Source: the human T2T-CHM13v2.0 reference genome, Homo sapiens
Assembly (NCBI RefSeq): GCF_009914755.1
Contig: NC_060935.1
Direction: 5' to 3' (one strand)
DNA length: 64,000 nt
In this document: piece by piece, positions 1 to 10,934 of the stretch
Position numbering within the stretch: position 1 is the first letter of the stretch
How the letters are laid out: every line of letters begins with the position of its first letter
Translations under genes and position numbers: made by a program
Notes under the pieces: model-generated
Databases searched by the model: none
What the model was told of the DNA's origin: nothing
Seen by the model: only the letters and a program-made list of their open reading frames with translations

Positions 1-1097
1 AATTCATTTATCTCTTTGCTACTTTCTGCTTTTCTGATCATTTGTTTAAATCATGCCCCATTTATCTTAAGTGTCCATTGACTTAGCTTATCAACTAACT
101 TGGCTGACTTCTCTGCTGACTTTTGCTTCCCAACTGCAAAGTCACTGTGTTCAGGGACTTTTTTCCTATATTTTGACCCTTTAGGAAAACTGGTCCTTCA
201 GGATAATTAAATAGAATCTGTAATTGCAGAAATAGTACTAGTATTAGTTTGCATCTATTGCCCCCAGATACCAAAGATACCACTATGTTTTTGATCCTGC
301 TATTTTAACATGATGGGGAAGGCTTGGATTAATGAATGCTGTAATTTTTTTCATGCATCTTCCCCTTTGTCCAGGTTTTTTATCTGTCATTTAAGGGCAA
401 CAACAGACCTTTCACTTAACCTTGAGTTATCTTTGTGATTTTAGGGGAGGAGAGTCTTTCCTGGAACCACTGAGGCACTGGTTGTATTTTGATTGTAGTT
501 GCTGGAGGGGGGAAGAAGCCTAGATTGGTAGGATTCACTTAGTTTCTACAAATGATTTTTTTTTAACAATAAACGTTTGGTCTATCAGCCTCATCTGTCA
601 TCTCTCTCTTCCACACAAGATCACAGAACATTTCTTTAACTCAGTATTTGCCTTGGCATTTCTGGCTTTTGTTCATCATACTTATGCCCTACTTCTACAC
701 TACTTTCAAAATCCAGTTTTTACTCCTTTGCCAAAGTCTTTCTCAAATGTCAGTATTTCTGCAACTGACTCCCTTTGTGATTTTTCGATCCAAGCAGAAT
801 TAATCATTCTCTTTTCTGCTCTGCCCTAGAATTGTGTACATATTGCAATCACAAAACCTGTTACAATGGATTACAGTTTGCCTTCTAGGCTGTGAATTCC
901 TCTAGACAAAGCATTAAACTATTTATTCTTTCATTCTTAATGTTTACCACAGTCTGATACACATTAAGAACTCAATAAATATCTGTTTAATAATTGAGTA
1001 CATGAAGTATTTTTATTAACATAACCATTTATTTAGTCATTCCACTTATTGATTGCAAGGATTCATTAATTCATTCATTAAGGAAGTGATGGTCCCA

Positions 1098-1269
1098 ATG
1101 TTTGTATTCCTCCAAAATTTATATGTTGAAATTTTAACCCCCAAGGGTTTGGTATTACAAGGTGAAGCATTTGGGGATTAGGTCGTGAGGCTGCCTGTTC
1201 TATCATGGGAAGACACAGAAAGACCTAGTTTATGGTATTTTGTTATAGCAGCCCAAATGGACTAAGACA
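1098..1269 (+). mobile_element. MaLR LTR fragment (MLT1A/MST-type), internally deleted
   Basis: MaLR-like start (tgtttgtattcctccaaaatttatatgttgaaa) and end (ggtattttgttatagcagcccaaatggactaagaca), with the middle missing. Confidence 0.7.
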
Positions 1270-1479
1270 AAGTACCTATTGAAGGCCAATTATATGTTGA
1301 GCATGGAAATTTGTACCAGATGTTCCTTTGAAAAAAGGCTCAGACAAAAATATAGACAGCCATGTCAAGTCTCAGCCTCAAAATAGCATATATATAACAT
1401 TTCTGAAGGCATATTTGGCACCTCAGCTAGACACATCTCAGAAGATTAATGAAAATAAGAAAAGTAAGAGTTTAATGTC

Positions 1480-2198
1480 ACACCAACATCTATTGTTTTT
1501 TTTTTTTTGACTTTTTAATTATAGATGTGGTGAAAAGGGAACACGTTTACACTGCTGGTGGGAATGTAAATTAGTACAACCACTATGGAAAACAGTATGG
1601 AGATTCCTTAAAGAACTAAAAGTAGACCTACCATTCAATCCAGCAAACCTACTACTGGTTATCTACCCAAAGCAAAAGAAGTCATTATATGAAAAGGACA
1701 TTGCACATGCATATTTATAGCAGCACAATTCACAAGTGAAAGGATATGGAACCATCCTAAGTGCCCATCAACCAACAAGTGGACACAGAAAATGTGGTAT
1801 ATATACACCATGAAATATTACTCAGCCATAAAAAAGAATGAAATAATGTCTTTTGCAGAAACTTGGATAGAACTGGAGGCCATTATTTTAAGTGAAGTAA
1901 CTTAAGAATGGAAAACCAAATACCGTATGTTCTCACTTATAAGTGGTAGTTAATCTATGAGGAAGCAAAAACATACAGAGCAATATATTGGACTATGGGG
2001 ACTTGTGGGAGAGGTTGGGAAGGCAGTGAGAAATACTGGTGGTGCACACTGGGTGTAGTGTACACTGTTCAGGTGATGGGTGCATGAAAATCTCAGAGTT
2101 CGCAACTAAAAAACTCATTCATGTAACCAAAAACCACATGTACTCCAAAAACTACTGAAATAAAAAAAATAATAAAAATATAGGAAATGAAACAAAAA
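1480..2198 (+). mobile_element. 5'-truncated L1PB-type 3' end with short 5' inversion
   Basis: L1 3' end from 1524 (gatgtggtgaaaagggaacac...catgtaaccaaaaaccac...A-rich tail); 1480-1523 is the reverse complement of the adjacent upstream L1 sequence; TSD aagagtttaatgtc (1466-1479) / aatagtttaatgcc (2199-2212). Confidence 0.85.
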
Positions 2199-3285
2199 AA
2201 TAGTTTAATGCCCAATTACTGGGAATATAATAGTAGTATATTGCCAAGTACATTTGGTACAACCTTCTGCATATGTACACGCACAGACTGAAAACACAAA
2301 TATGATGTTCAACAAATGCAGTTGATTATAAAATGAGGAGGTTGAAAAAAGCTGGCACACTTTGGGGGATTGCAAACACTGGCAATGGACAAAGTCTTAT
2401 AGAGGGCATTTTGAAACCTTCAACACAGCCATTCCAGTACTTGGAGTTTATGCAAAAAAAAAAATTTGCTGAAGAAACATGCTTTATAAAAAATTTTGTA
2501 AAGCAGTATTAACTATGGGTAAATATTGAACACAATTGCAATGTCTCTCTACAAAGATAATTTACCTAAATAATGATCTATAATTATTTTACTACATTAA
2601 ACTCATTAATGTGAAAACTATGATATTATATTGACATATGAGAGAGTATTAAAATGAATATAAAAAAGGTCAGAGAAGATAAGACATAAATTTTAATTAG
2701 ATACGTAGTCGTTTGTATGTCCCTTTATATATATTATATATATAAAGCAAAACTTTAGAAGGAAATACTAAATAATTTTCTGGTCTGTTACAATATTCTA
2801 AAATCTGTAATATAGATTAGATTCTTAAAATTATATTGTTATGGTTTTAAATTTATCATTAATTTTCTTTGTATTCTAGTCCCTATACTACAATCTGTGT
2901 ACTCCCTTTGTGACTTTATGCAGGATACTTAATTTCCCTAAATATCAGTTTTCCAAGGAAAAATCTAACTACCTTAAAAATTTAGCAGAGGACAATGTAA
3001 AAGTTCCATAGTATGTGTACATCTTGAATTGAGCAAATGTCACCTAAACCAGTATACTCCTTTCCAAGGGCAGTCACCCACCTACCAATGGCAAGCTCCC
3101 AAGTCTCTTCACATTTATTTATCAATTCAAAGCAAAACCGGGCTGTATTCAGTCAAAAATTTCTCACAGGTCTAGCATACTTCCCTGTATACAGTAGGTG
3201 TCTGATACAGGTTTTTCAAAAGCTTCCTTTTCTCCCAGTATAATTCTCAGCCTAAACGGGAATTCTTTAATAAATTCTTATTTAC

Positions 3286-3507
3286 TGATGAGAATTCATG
3301 AATGCAAAGAAGGGAACAACAGATGCTGGGGCCTACTTGAGGATGGAGGGTGGGAAGAGGGAGAGAAACAGAAAAAAATGGTTATTGAGTACCAGGGTAA
3401 TTACCTGCGTATGAAATAATCTGTACAACAAACACCCATGACACAAGTTTACCTATATAGCAAACCTGCACATGTACACCCAAACCTAAAATAAAAGTTT
3501 TTTAAAA
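3286..3507 (+). mobile_element. L1PA13-16-type 3' end fragment
   Basis: L1 3' UTR motifs (aatctgtacaacaaacacccatgacacaagtttacctat...aaataaaagtt); probable TSD aattcttatttac / aatttttatttac. Confidence 0.8.
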
Positions 3508-4693
3508 GGAATTTTTATTTACATCCAACAGGAGTACTTTGATTTATTCTACTTCAGTGGGAGAGCAAAAGGAGATGAGGAGTCCCAGAGCAATAAGTCT
3601 CCTTTTTTCTCACCTATCAAGCTCTCTTCTCATGCACCCTCTGCAGAGGTCAAAGGAAAGAAAAGGGTCAGCAGACTATTCCAGAAGATGAAATGTACAC
3701 TCTGAGTATAGTGGTCTTAAAGTATTTGCTTTGATTTGTTTTCTGCAGAGACTACTGAGCTCATGTTTTTAAGAGAACACATACACCAAGCTCAGAAAAC
3801 TTCTGGCAGCTGAATGTGAGATTAAGCACCTCCCTCTGTGTCCCACATTCTGGGAGATGGCTCTGTAACATCAACGGCTTGGCAAGGTGCGTTTTGAGGC
3901 TCTTTGTCCGGAAGGCTGAACTGCTTTCTACTTCCAAAGGTCCTAACTTTAATCAGAAACTCTGAGCTGTGAAACCAACAGGTCAAGAGCTGGGCTGTGG
4001 ATGGGTCTCTAAGGCAATATCAATTTTCTTCCCTCTGCTTTTATAGGTACCTGCAGCAGAAGCAAAAATCAGCTATTGTTAAGATTTGATGTTTAGAACT
4101 GCAACTCTTTTCTTAAACATTGGTTAAGTATCTATTTAGAGAGACTAAAAAATTGAGGATTCTAAACCTTTAGAATAAACTCAATGAACTCCAGGCAGAA
4201 ATAAACAAAAAGAGGGTGTGCAGCCTAGGAGTTCCAAGCCAGGATCTACGGACAGCATTCAAGTGGAAGAGGAGTCCATACCTTCAGAGCACTAAGTGGG
4301 AGCATGGCTGCAAGCATGAGGAAGTACAGAGGAGACACCAGGCTAACAGCCTATCTACCAGCCATTACACTTAAGCACCATCTGCTAGATTACAGCCCAA
4401 ACTAGAATACCAAATATACTTTGCTAATATACCCCTCTGTGAAACCAAGGTCAAGAATTCAGCCTCAAATAAGACCCTGCACAAAGCCTTAGCCTGCTGA
4501 AAACATTCAAAATTGAAACCAACTGATTACACTCAAATTATGCCACAGGTAAAGGAACTTTAGCCCACAAAAATGAGAAAAAAATCAGTGCAAGAACTCT
4601 GGCAACTCTAAAAGCCAGAGTTCCTTTTTACTTTTAAATGATGACACTAGATCCCCATCAATGATTCTTAAGCAGAATAAAATAAATGGCTGA

Positions 4694-5370
4694 CTCCAGG
4701 CACGGTGGCTCATGACTGTAATCCCAGCATTTTGGGAGGCTGAAGTGGATAGATTGCTTAAGACTAGGAGTTCAAGACCAGCCTGGCCAATATGACAAAA
4801 CTCCTCTCTACAAAAAATACAAAAATTAGCCAGGTATGTTGTCATATGCCTGTAATCCCAGCTTTTTGGGAGGCTGAGGCACAAGAATTGCTTGAACCCA
4901 GGAGGCAAAGGTTGCAGTGAGTTGAGATTGCACCATTGCACCTGACAGAGCAAGACTCTGAAATGGTTAGGCTTTCTGTCCCCACCCAAATCTTATCTTG
5001 AATTGTAATCTCCATAATCCCAGTAATCCCCACGTGTCAAGGGAGGGACAAGGTGGAGGTAATTGATTCATGGGGGTGGTTTCCCCCACACTGTTCTCGT
5101 GATAGTAAGTGAGTTCTCATTAGTTCTGATGGTTTTATAAAGGACTCCTGCCCCTTCACTCAGCATTTTTCCTTCCTGCTACCTTGTGAAGAAGGTGCCT
5201 TGCTTCCCCTTCACCTCCCACCATGATTGCAAGTTTCCTGACACCTCCCAAGTGATGCTGAACTGTGAGTCAATTAAACCTCTTTCTTTTATAAATTACC
5301 AATTCTCAGGCAGTTCTTTATAGCAGTATGAAAATGGACTAATACACTCTGTCTCAAAAAAAATGAAAGA
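4694..5370 (+). mobile_element. Alu (AluJ/early AluS) split near its 3' end by a THE1D LTR
   Basis: Alu dimer 4694-4958 resumes as ctctgtctcaaaaa at 5347; TSD aataaatggctga / aagaaatggctaa. Confidence 0.9.
4959..5346 (+). mobile_element. THE1 solo LTR (THE1D-like, ERVL-MaLR)
   Basis: tg..ggttaggctttctgtccccacccaaatc ... aaatggactaataca; ctctg duplicated at the junctions. Confidence 0.9.
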
Positions 5371-5634
5371 AAGAAATGGCTAAAATCACACACATAGAAT
5401 TTACAATCTACATGGCAATGAAGATCATTGAGATTCAGGAGAAAGTTGAAACCTGATCCAAGGAATCTAAGGAATCCAGTAAAAGAATTCAAGAAATAAA
5501 AAATAAAATAGGCATTTTAAGAGAAAAACAATTGATCTGATAGAGCTGAAAAACACTACAAGAATTTCATAATATAATTGGAAGTATTAATAGCAGAATT
5601 GACCAAGCTGAGGAAAGAATCTCAGAGCTCAAAG

Positions 5635-6121
5635 TGAAGAAAGAACTAATGAAATCAATTATAACCTAATAGTAGTAGTAATAGAAATTTTAAAATCCTC
5701 TGAAAGTTGCTGCAAAGTGTGAACCCCCACCTTACACTCAAGTTAAAAGGGATTATTAAAAGCCTGTCTTCTCTCTGTGGATAGTGGACCTTATCTATGC
5801 TCCCCAACTCCACATTCCTCAAAGTTTATTACAGGCCCAGTGAGTTCCTGCATGATTGCAGGGTCACAAGACTGATAAGTTTAGGTTGCAAGTCATGTCT
5901 TTCTCAAAATGTAAGAAACAGTGCAACGCCACTTTTGTTTCTTGCTTCTGTAACTCGCTTCTTACCTCACATAATTCCTGCCTTAAAATGTTTAAAAGTA
6001 GGAAAAGCCCTTTGTTTGGGGCTCAGACTTTCTGGACATATGTCCAGCTGGGCCAGTGATGACCTTAATAGACTCTCCTGAACCTTTTTTGGTCTCTCCA
6101 GTCTTTGATTGTCCTGTAACA
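5635..6121 (+). repeat. 5' LTR of provirus
   Basis: tgaagaaag...gtcctgtaaca; about 89% identical by eye to 12370-12854. Confidence 0.95.
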
Positions 6122-6125
6122 TTTC

Positions 6126-6143
6126 TGGGGGCTTATCCGGGAT
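6126..6143 (+). promoter_or_regulatory. Primer-binding site, tRNA-Pro
   Basis: tgggggcttatccgggat vs TGGGGGCTCGTCCGGGAT (complement of tRNA-Pro 3' end); both mismatches fall at the CpG. Confidence 0.9.
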
Positions 6144-6350
6144 TGGAGATGGCAGATTTTCTGTCTTCTTTGCCTGTGGGCTAGAGCCCCAGGATGTGGG
6201 AGATCTGGGGTCCTTGGCACCGCTGGGAGAGTTTCAGCCTGGAAGGAGAATGGCCCTCCCGCATTCCAGAGCCTTCCCCTGACAGCACCAAAGGAACCAG
6301 TGGAAAGGGTTGCAGGACAGTCACAGGAGCAGTGCACAGACATCTGAACC

Positions 6351-6359
6351 ATGGTAAGG
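6351..6359 (+). promoter_or_regulatory. Candidate major splice donor of provirus
   Basis: atg|gtaagg in the leader between PBS and gag, the usual gammaretroviral position. Confidence 0.5.
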
Positions 6360-6853
6360 TTTGGGCCCTAAGGCAAGACCTATCCCAAAAGGATGAAAGG
6401 GGAGCCTGATCACCTCCCAGGGCGTGATGACTAGTCTGACCCACGAGGGTTGGGAACAACAGGAGAGGCCTGTTGACTCAGACGAATCTCACACCCTAAC
6501 TGACACCAGATGTGGGTGGGGCTCGTGAGTCAGTCAAAAAGGAAAACTGGTTTGGGACGGGGGAGGTATGTGAAAGTGTGTGAAAGAGATGGTCTTGGGA
6601 GAGACCAATGCAGGGCATGATGTGGGGAGGGACAGATCTCTTAGTGCGGACTGTGTGCTCCAAAGCAATTGTGGGAAAAACCAGACCTAGGATACTGCAT
6701 AAAGCCCATAAGACCAACTCCAGGGCTGCAGCTAACTGTGACAGGAATTAAGGCACACTCCTGGCTAAGCAGTGTCTGAACCTCTCGCAACAGGACCCAG
6801 TCTGGTGGATGCAAGAGTGAAAGTGAGAGTGAAAGCGTGCCATGAGGGAGGAA

Positions 6854-8230
6854 ACGGGAGGAAAAGCATCAAAGCCTACTCCACTGGAGTGCATGCTGAA
6901 AAACTTTTAAAAAGGTTTTAATGGTGATTATGGGGTTAAGCTAACTCCACAAAAACTGAGAACCCTTTGTGAGATAGACTGGCCATCTTTTAATGTAGGG
7001 TGGCCCCACCTGAAGAGTTAGAAAGTCCACCCCCTTATGCACCAATTTATTCATCCCTGGCAAGGCTTAGACAGGAGGCTGCTCTGGCTGCCTCCGGAGG
7101 CTCAGACTCAGAAGAAAGCACTCCTCAGGCAATACCATGCAGAGAGGACCCAGAGCCAAAAAGCCAAGGGAGGAATTCCAGGGGGATGAGGTCAGCCACC
7201 TTAGCTCAGGCCATGCCTGAGCAATGCAGACGCCCCTCCAAGAAACATGGGGACAAATTTATTTGAATGCACAGAATGAAGTCGAAGGGGGAGAATGGCT
7301 CTTCTTTTATCAGCCCTTCTCTACTACTGATCTCTTAAATTGGAGGCAACATACTCCTTCCTATGCAGAGAAGCCTCAGGCTCTTATAGATCTAATGCAG
7401 TCCATTTTCCTAACTCACAATCCTACCTGGGCTGATTGCAAAGAACTTCTTCTGTCATTGTTTAATACAGAAGAGCACCATAGAGTTATACAAGCTGCTC
7501 TCCAGTGGCTGGAGGACAATGAGCCTGCAGGCACAGGAGATATCAGGCACTATGCACAACAAGCACTCCCAATAGAGGCTAACCCAGGCTGGGACCTTAA
7601 CCAAGCTCAAGGGCTACAAAGTTTGCAGCAGTATTGAGAGGTACTCCTACATGGAATAAAGGCTGGAGGGAAAAAGGCCACCAATATCAGAAATGTCTCA
7701 AGAGGTCTGCCAGAAGTCAGATGAAAGTCCCAGTGAATTTTGTGAGAGGCTCTGCAAGGCTTACCAGCTTTATATGCCATTTGACCCTGAGGCTGCTGAA
7801 AAACAGTGCCTGGTAAATAGGGCATTTGTAGGTCAGGCCCAGGGAAATATCAGACATAAATTGCAGAAGTTAGAAGCTCTGCAGGTGTGAGTGCTACTCA
7901 GCTTATTGAAGTGGCTACCAAGGTGTATATTAACCAAGATCAGGAGACAAAGAAGGAAGCTAATCAGAAGCTTAAGGAAAGGCAGATTTGCTAGCAGCAG
8001 CCCTAATGGGAAGGGAAGCTGACTTTTCAAAGAGGCATGGGTGGGGTGGTGAAAGAGGCCAGTATGGACAGGGATTTAAGAGCTGGCTGAGGCTAGAAAA
8101 AGATTAATGTGTATGGTGCAAAAGGAAAGGACACTGAGAGGATGAATGTCAAGAGACTAAGGAAAATGGTCAGAATCATCGTATAAGAAAGCCACTGGCC
8201 AAGGGCTACTGCACCTGGGAAAAACCGAAA
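6854..8230 (+). pseudogene. gag: gag remnant (truncated MA, CA, NC zinc knuckle)
   Basis: Start mutated to ACG, then GGKASKPTPLECMLKNF...LRTLCEIDWPSFNVGWP; PPPY late domain; CA YQPFSTTDLLNWRQHTPSY...HNPTWADC; NC CVWCKRKGH*EDEC near 8108-8150; stops and frameshifts. Confidence 0.9.
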
Positions 8231-8234
8231 ACCT

Positions 8235-10715
8235 TCTGCACCTGCTGTGGAAGGCAAGCTACAAAGTGTCAGGAAAAAGGCTCAAATCTGCTTTAAAAGT
8301 TTCCAGTATTTAGGCTTCTATGTAAGCCAAGGGAAAAGATGGCTTGGTGGAGAATGAAAGCAGGCTGTTTGTGCACTTCCTACTCCAACCACCCAGCACC
8401 AGATAAGAAAGTTCCTAGAGACAGCAGGGTTCTGCCACATTTGGACCCTAAGTTTCTTGCTCATGGCTAAGCCATTATATGAAGCCACAAAGTGGGGGGA
8501 AAGGAACCCCTCCTGTGGGGAAAAGAGCAGGTCATGGCCTTCAAAGAAATCAAGAAGGCTTTGATCCAGGCCCTGGCATTAGGACTGCCAGACACACAAA
8601 GCCTTTTTACTGTACGTCCATGCAAGAAAAGGAATAGCTACAGGTGACTTTTGGTACAAACACTAGGATCATGGTATCTGCCCGTGGCATATTTGTCCAA
8701 GCGACAAGACTTGGTGGCTATGGGATGGCCACCTGTTTCAAGGCATTGGCAGCCACTACCACATGTTAGCAGAAGATGCTAACAAGCTCACATTTGGACA
8801 AAGGTTAATAATTTGGGTGCCTCACACGGCCATCACCCTGATGGAGCAGAGGGGGCATCGCTGGTTTTCTAACCCTAGGATTTAAAAATATCAAGGGCTA
8901 TTGTGTGAAAACCCCTACAGAACCCTGGAGACTGTGAACACTCTAAATCCAGCCATACTGCTGCCAGTAGAATGGGTGGAGCATGGAAAGCCCCCATTGT
9001 GAGGCCCAGGGTATCACTGTTGTGTGGAAACAGTGGATGAGGTTTTCTCAAGCCGAGAAGACTTAAAGGACCGGCCCTTAAGAGACCCAGATGTTGAATA
9101 CTTTACTGATGAAAGCAGTTTCATATCTGAAGGTATCAGATGGGCTGGATATGCAGTGGTAACACTGAATTCAGTAGCTGCAGGCCTCCCTCTGCCAGTC
9201 AGAACTTTGGCCCAAAGAGCTGAGCTAATAGCTCTCACTAGAGCACTGCTCTTGGCCAAAGGAAAGTCAGTAAACATCTATACTGTCTCAAGGTATGCTT
9301 TTGCCACTTTGCCTGTTCATGGAGCCATATAAGGAAAGAGCATTATTAACTACTGAAGGAAAGGAAATCAAAAATAAAAAGAAAATAGAGCAGTTCTTAG
9401 AAGCTATATGGGCTCCAAAAGAAGTAGCAGTCATCCATTGCAAAATGCATAAAACAGTAGGAGGTGACGAGACTAGAGGAAATGGAAAGGCAGATAGAGA
9501 AGCCAAAAGAACTGCAATGGCAGAGGTAACTAAGAAGGAAGAGAAAACACTTACCATGCCCTTACTGGAGCTTCCACTTACAGAACCCCTTAACTACTCC
9601 TCTAATGAAAAGGCTTAGTTTGAGAGGAGAGTGGAAGTTACCAGAAAGGAGGTTGGTGGAAGTTCTCAGATGGGAGGCTTGCCATCCCAGAAGCAATAGC
9701 CCTCTGGTTCATAAAGCAGTTTTATCAAGGAACACATATGGGAAAAATTGCATTAGAAACTCTTGTAGGATGGCATTTCTACGTGCCACACCTAACTGCC
9801 ATCACTGGAGCTGTTTCTGAGCAATTCTTGGCTGGTGCCCAAAACAATCCATGGCAGGGGCCAACACGGCCCCCAAGGATTCAAGAAACTGGAGCTACAC
9901 CCTGTGAAAACCTGCTTGTGGATTTTACCAAGCTGTCTCAAGCCAGAGGCTACCGGTACATGCTAGTATTTGTCTGCACTTTCTTATCAGACAATGGCTC
10001 AGCATTTGTGGCAGAAATAGTACAACAGCTAACGCAGATGTTAAAAATCAAATGGAAACTGCATACAGCTTATTGCCAACAGAGTTATGGAAAAGTTGAA
10101 AGAATGAACTGGACACTGAAACAGCTGTTAAAGAAGTTTTGCAAAGAAACTCATCTAAAGTGGGTTCAGGTGCTGCCTATGGTCCTGCTCTGAGTCAGGT
10201 GCACCCCTATTAAATTAACTGGGTATTCACCCTATGAAATAGTGTTCAGCTGACCCCAATCATAACTCTGATAAAAGGGGATTTTAAAAAATTGGGGAAT
10301 TAACCTTAAGAAGGCAAATGCAAGCCTTAGGTGAGGCCATGCAGGAAATACAAGGGTGGGTTAGAGAAAGAATACCTGTTAGCCTCACAGATGCAGTCCA
10401 TCCCTTCCAACCTGGAGACTCTGTCTGGATCAAACGATGGAACCCAACCACTTTTGGGCCTTTATGGGATGGTCCCCATATTGTGATCTTGCCTACCCCC
10501 GCTGCTGTTAAAGTTGCAGGTATCATACCTTGGGTTCTTCATAGCCAGCTGAAACCAACAGCAGCCACTGCCCAGGACCAGTGGACCAGTCAACAATACC
10601 CAGACCACCCAACACGGCTGATCCTACAGTGAAATCAAGCCACTGCTGACAAGAACAACTGAACAACTGCCCTGCTCCAACCACACCAGAGGCTGGGTCA
10701 GTCCACGCATGGCTG
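8235..10715 (+). pseudogene. pol: pol remnant (RT C-terminal part, RNase H, integrase); protease and RT catalytic core deleted
   Basis: Begins at HLLWKA..YKVS..KAQIC, i.e. downstream of YxDD; RNase H YFTDESSFI...AQRAELIALTRAL; IN LLVDFT...SDNGSAF...GKVERMN; GPY/F-type WDGPHIVIL. Confidence 0.9.
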
Positions 10716-10814
10716 AAGCTTAAGGAAACATCGAGCCCTGTTCTAGTCACACAACTGGAAGCTGACTAGTCTACGCATGGCTGAAGCCTGAGAAAGTCAA
10801 TGATAGATAAGTAA

Positions 10815-10934
10815 ATGTGGGTTGAATTTACAAACATAGTTATACTCTTACTTGTACTGACTATTTTGCTGTCATGTTATCTTTGCAAATGCTGCCAAGC
10901 TTGTTGCCCAGAGGGGTGCCCATGCATAGTATAA
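10815..10934 (+). CDS. Intact 39-aa small ORF upstream of and overlapping env: predicted single-pass membrane peptide with Cys-rich tail
   Basis: Manual translation MWVEFTNIVILLLVLTILLSCYLCKCCQACCPEGCPCIV*; below the ORF-track length cut-off; translation in vivo unproven. Confidence 0.5.
   Translation: MWVEFTNIVILLLVLTILLSCYLCKCCQACCPEGCPCIV

Noticed and set aside
95-283. 62-aa minus-strand ORF in unique-looking sequence
   Set aside because: No recognisable homology or motif; length expected by chance
4585-4989. 134-aa minus-strand ORF and similar Alu-derived ORFs (21376, 25171, 29965, 51001)
   Set aside because: Typical antisense Alu translations
10670-10791. Two MAEA* mini-ORFs (10709-10723, 10777-10791) in a degenerate ~68-bp tandem duplication after pol
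   Set aside because: The ATGs sit in cgcATGgc, readily explained by CpG decay of cgcACGgc; the duplication is real but there is no support for the mini-ORFs
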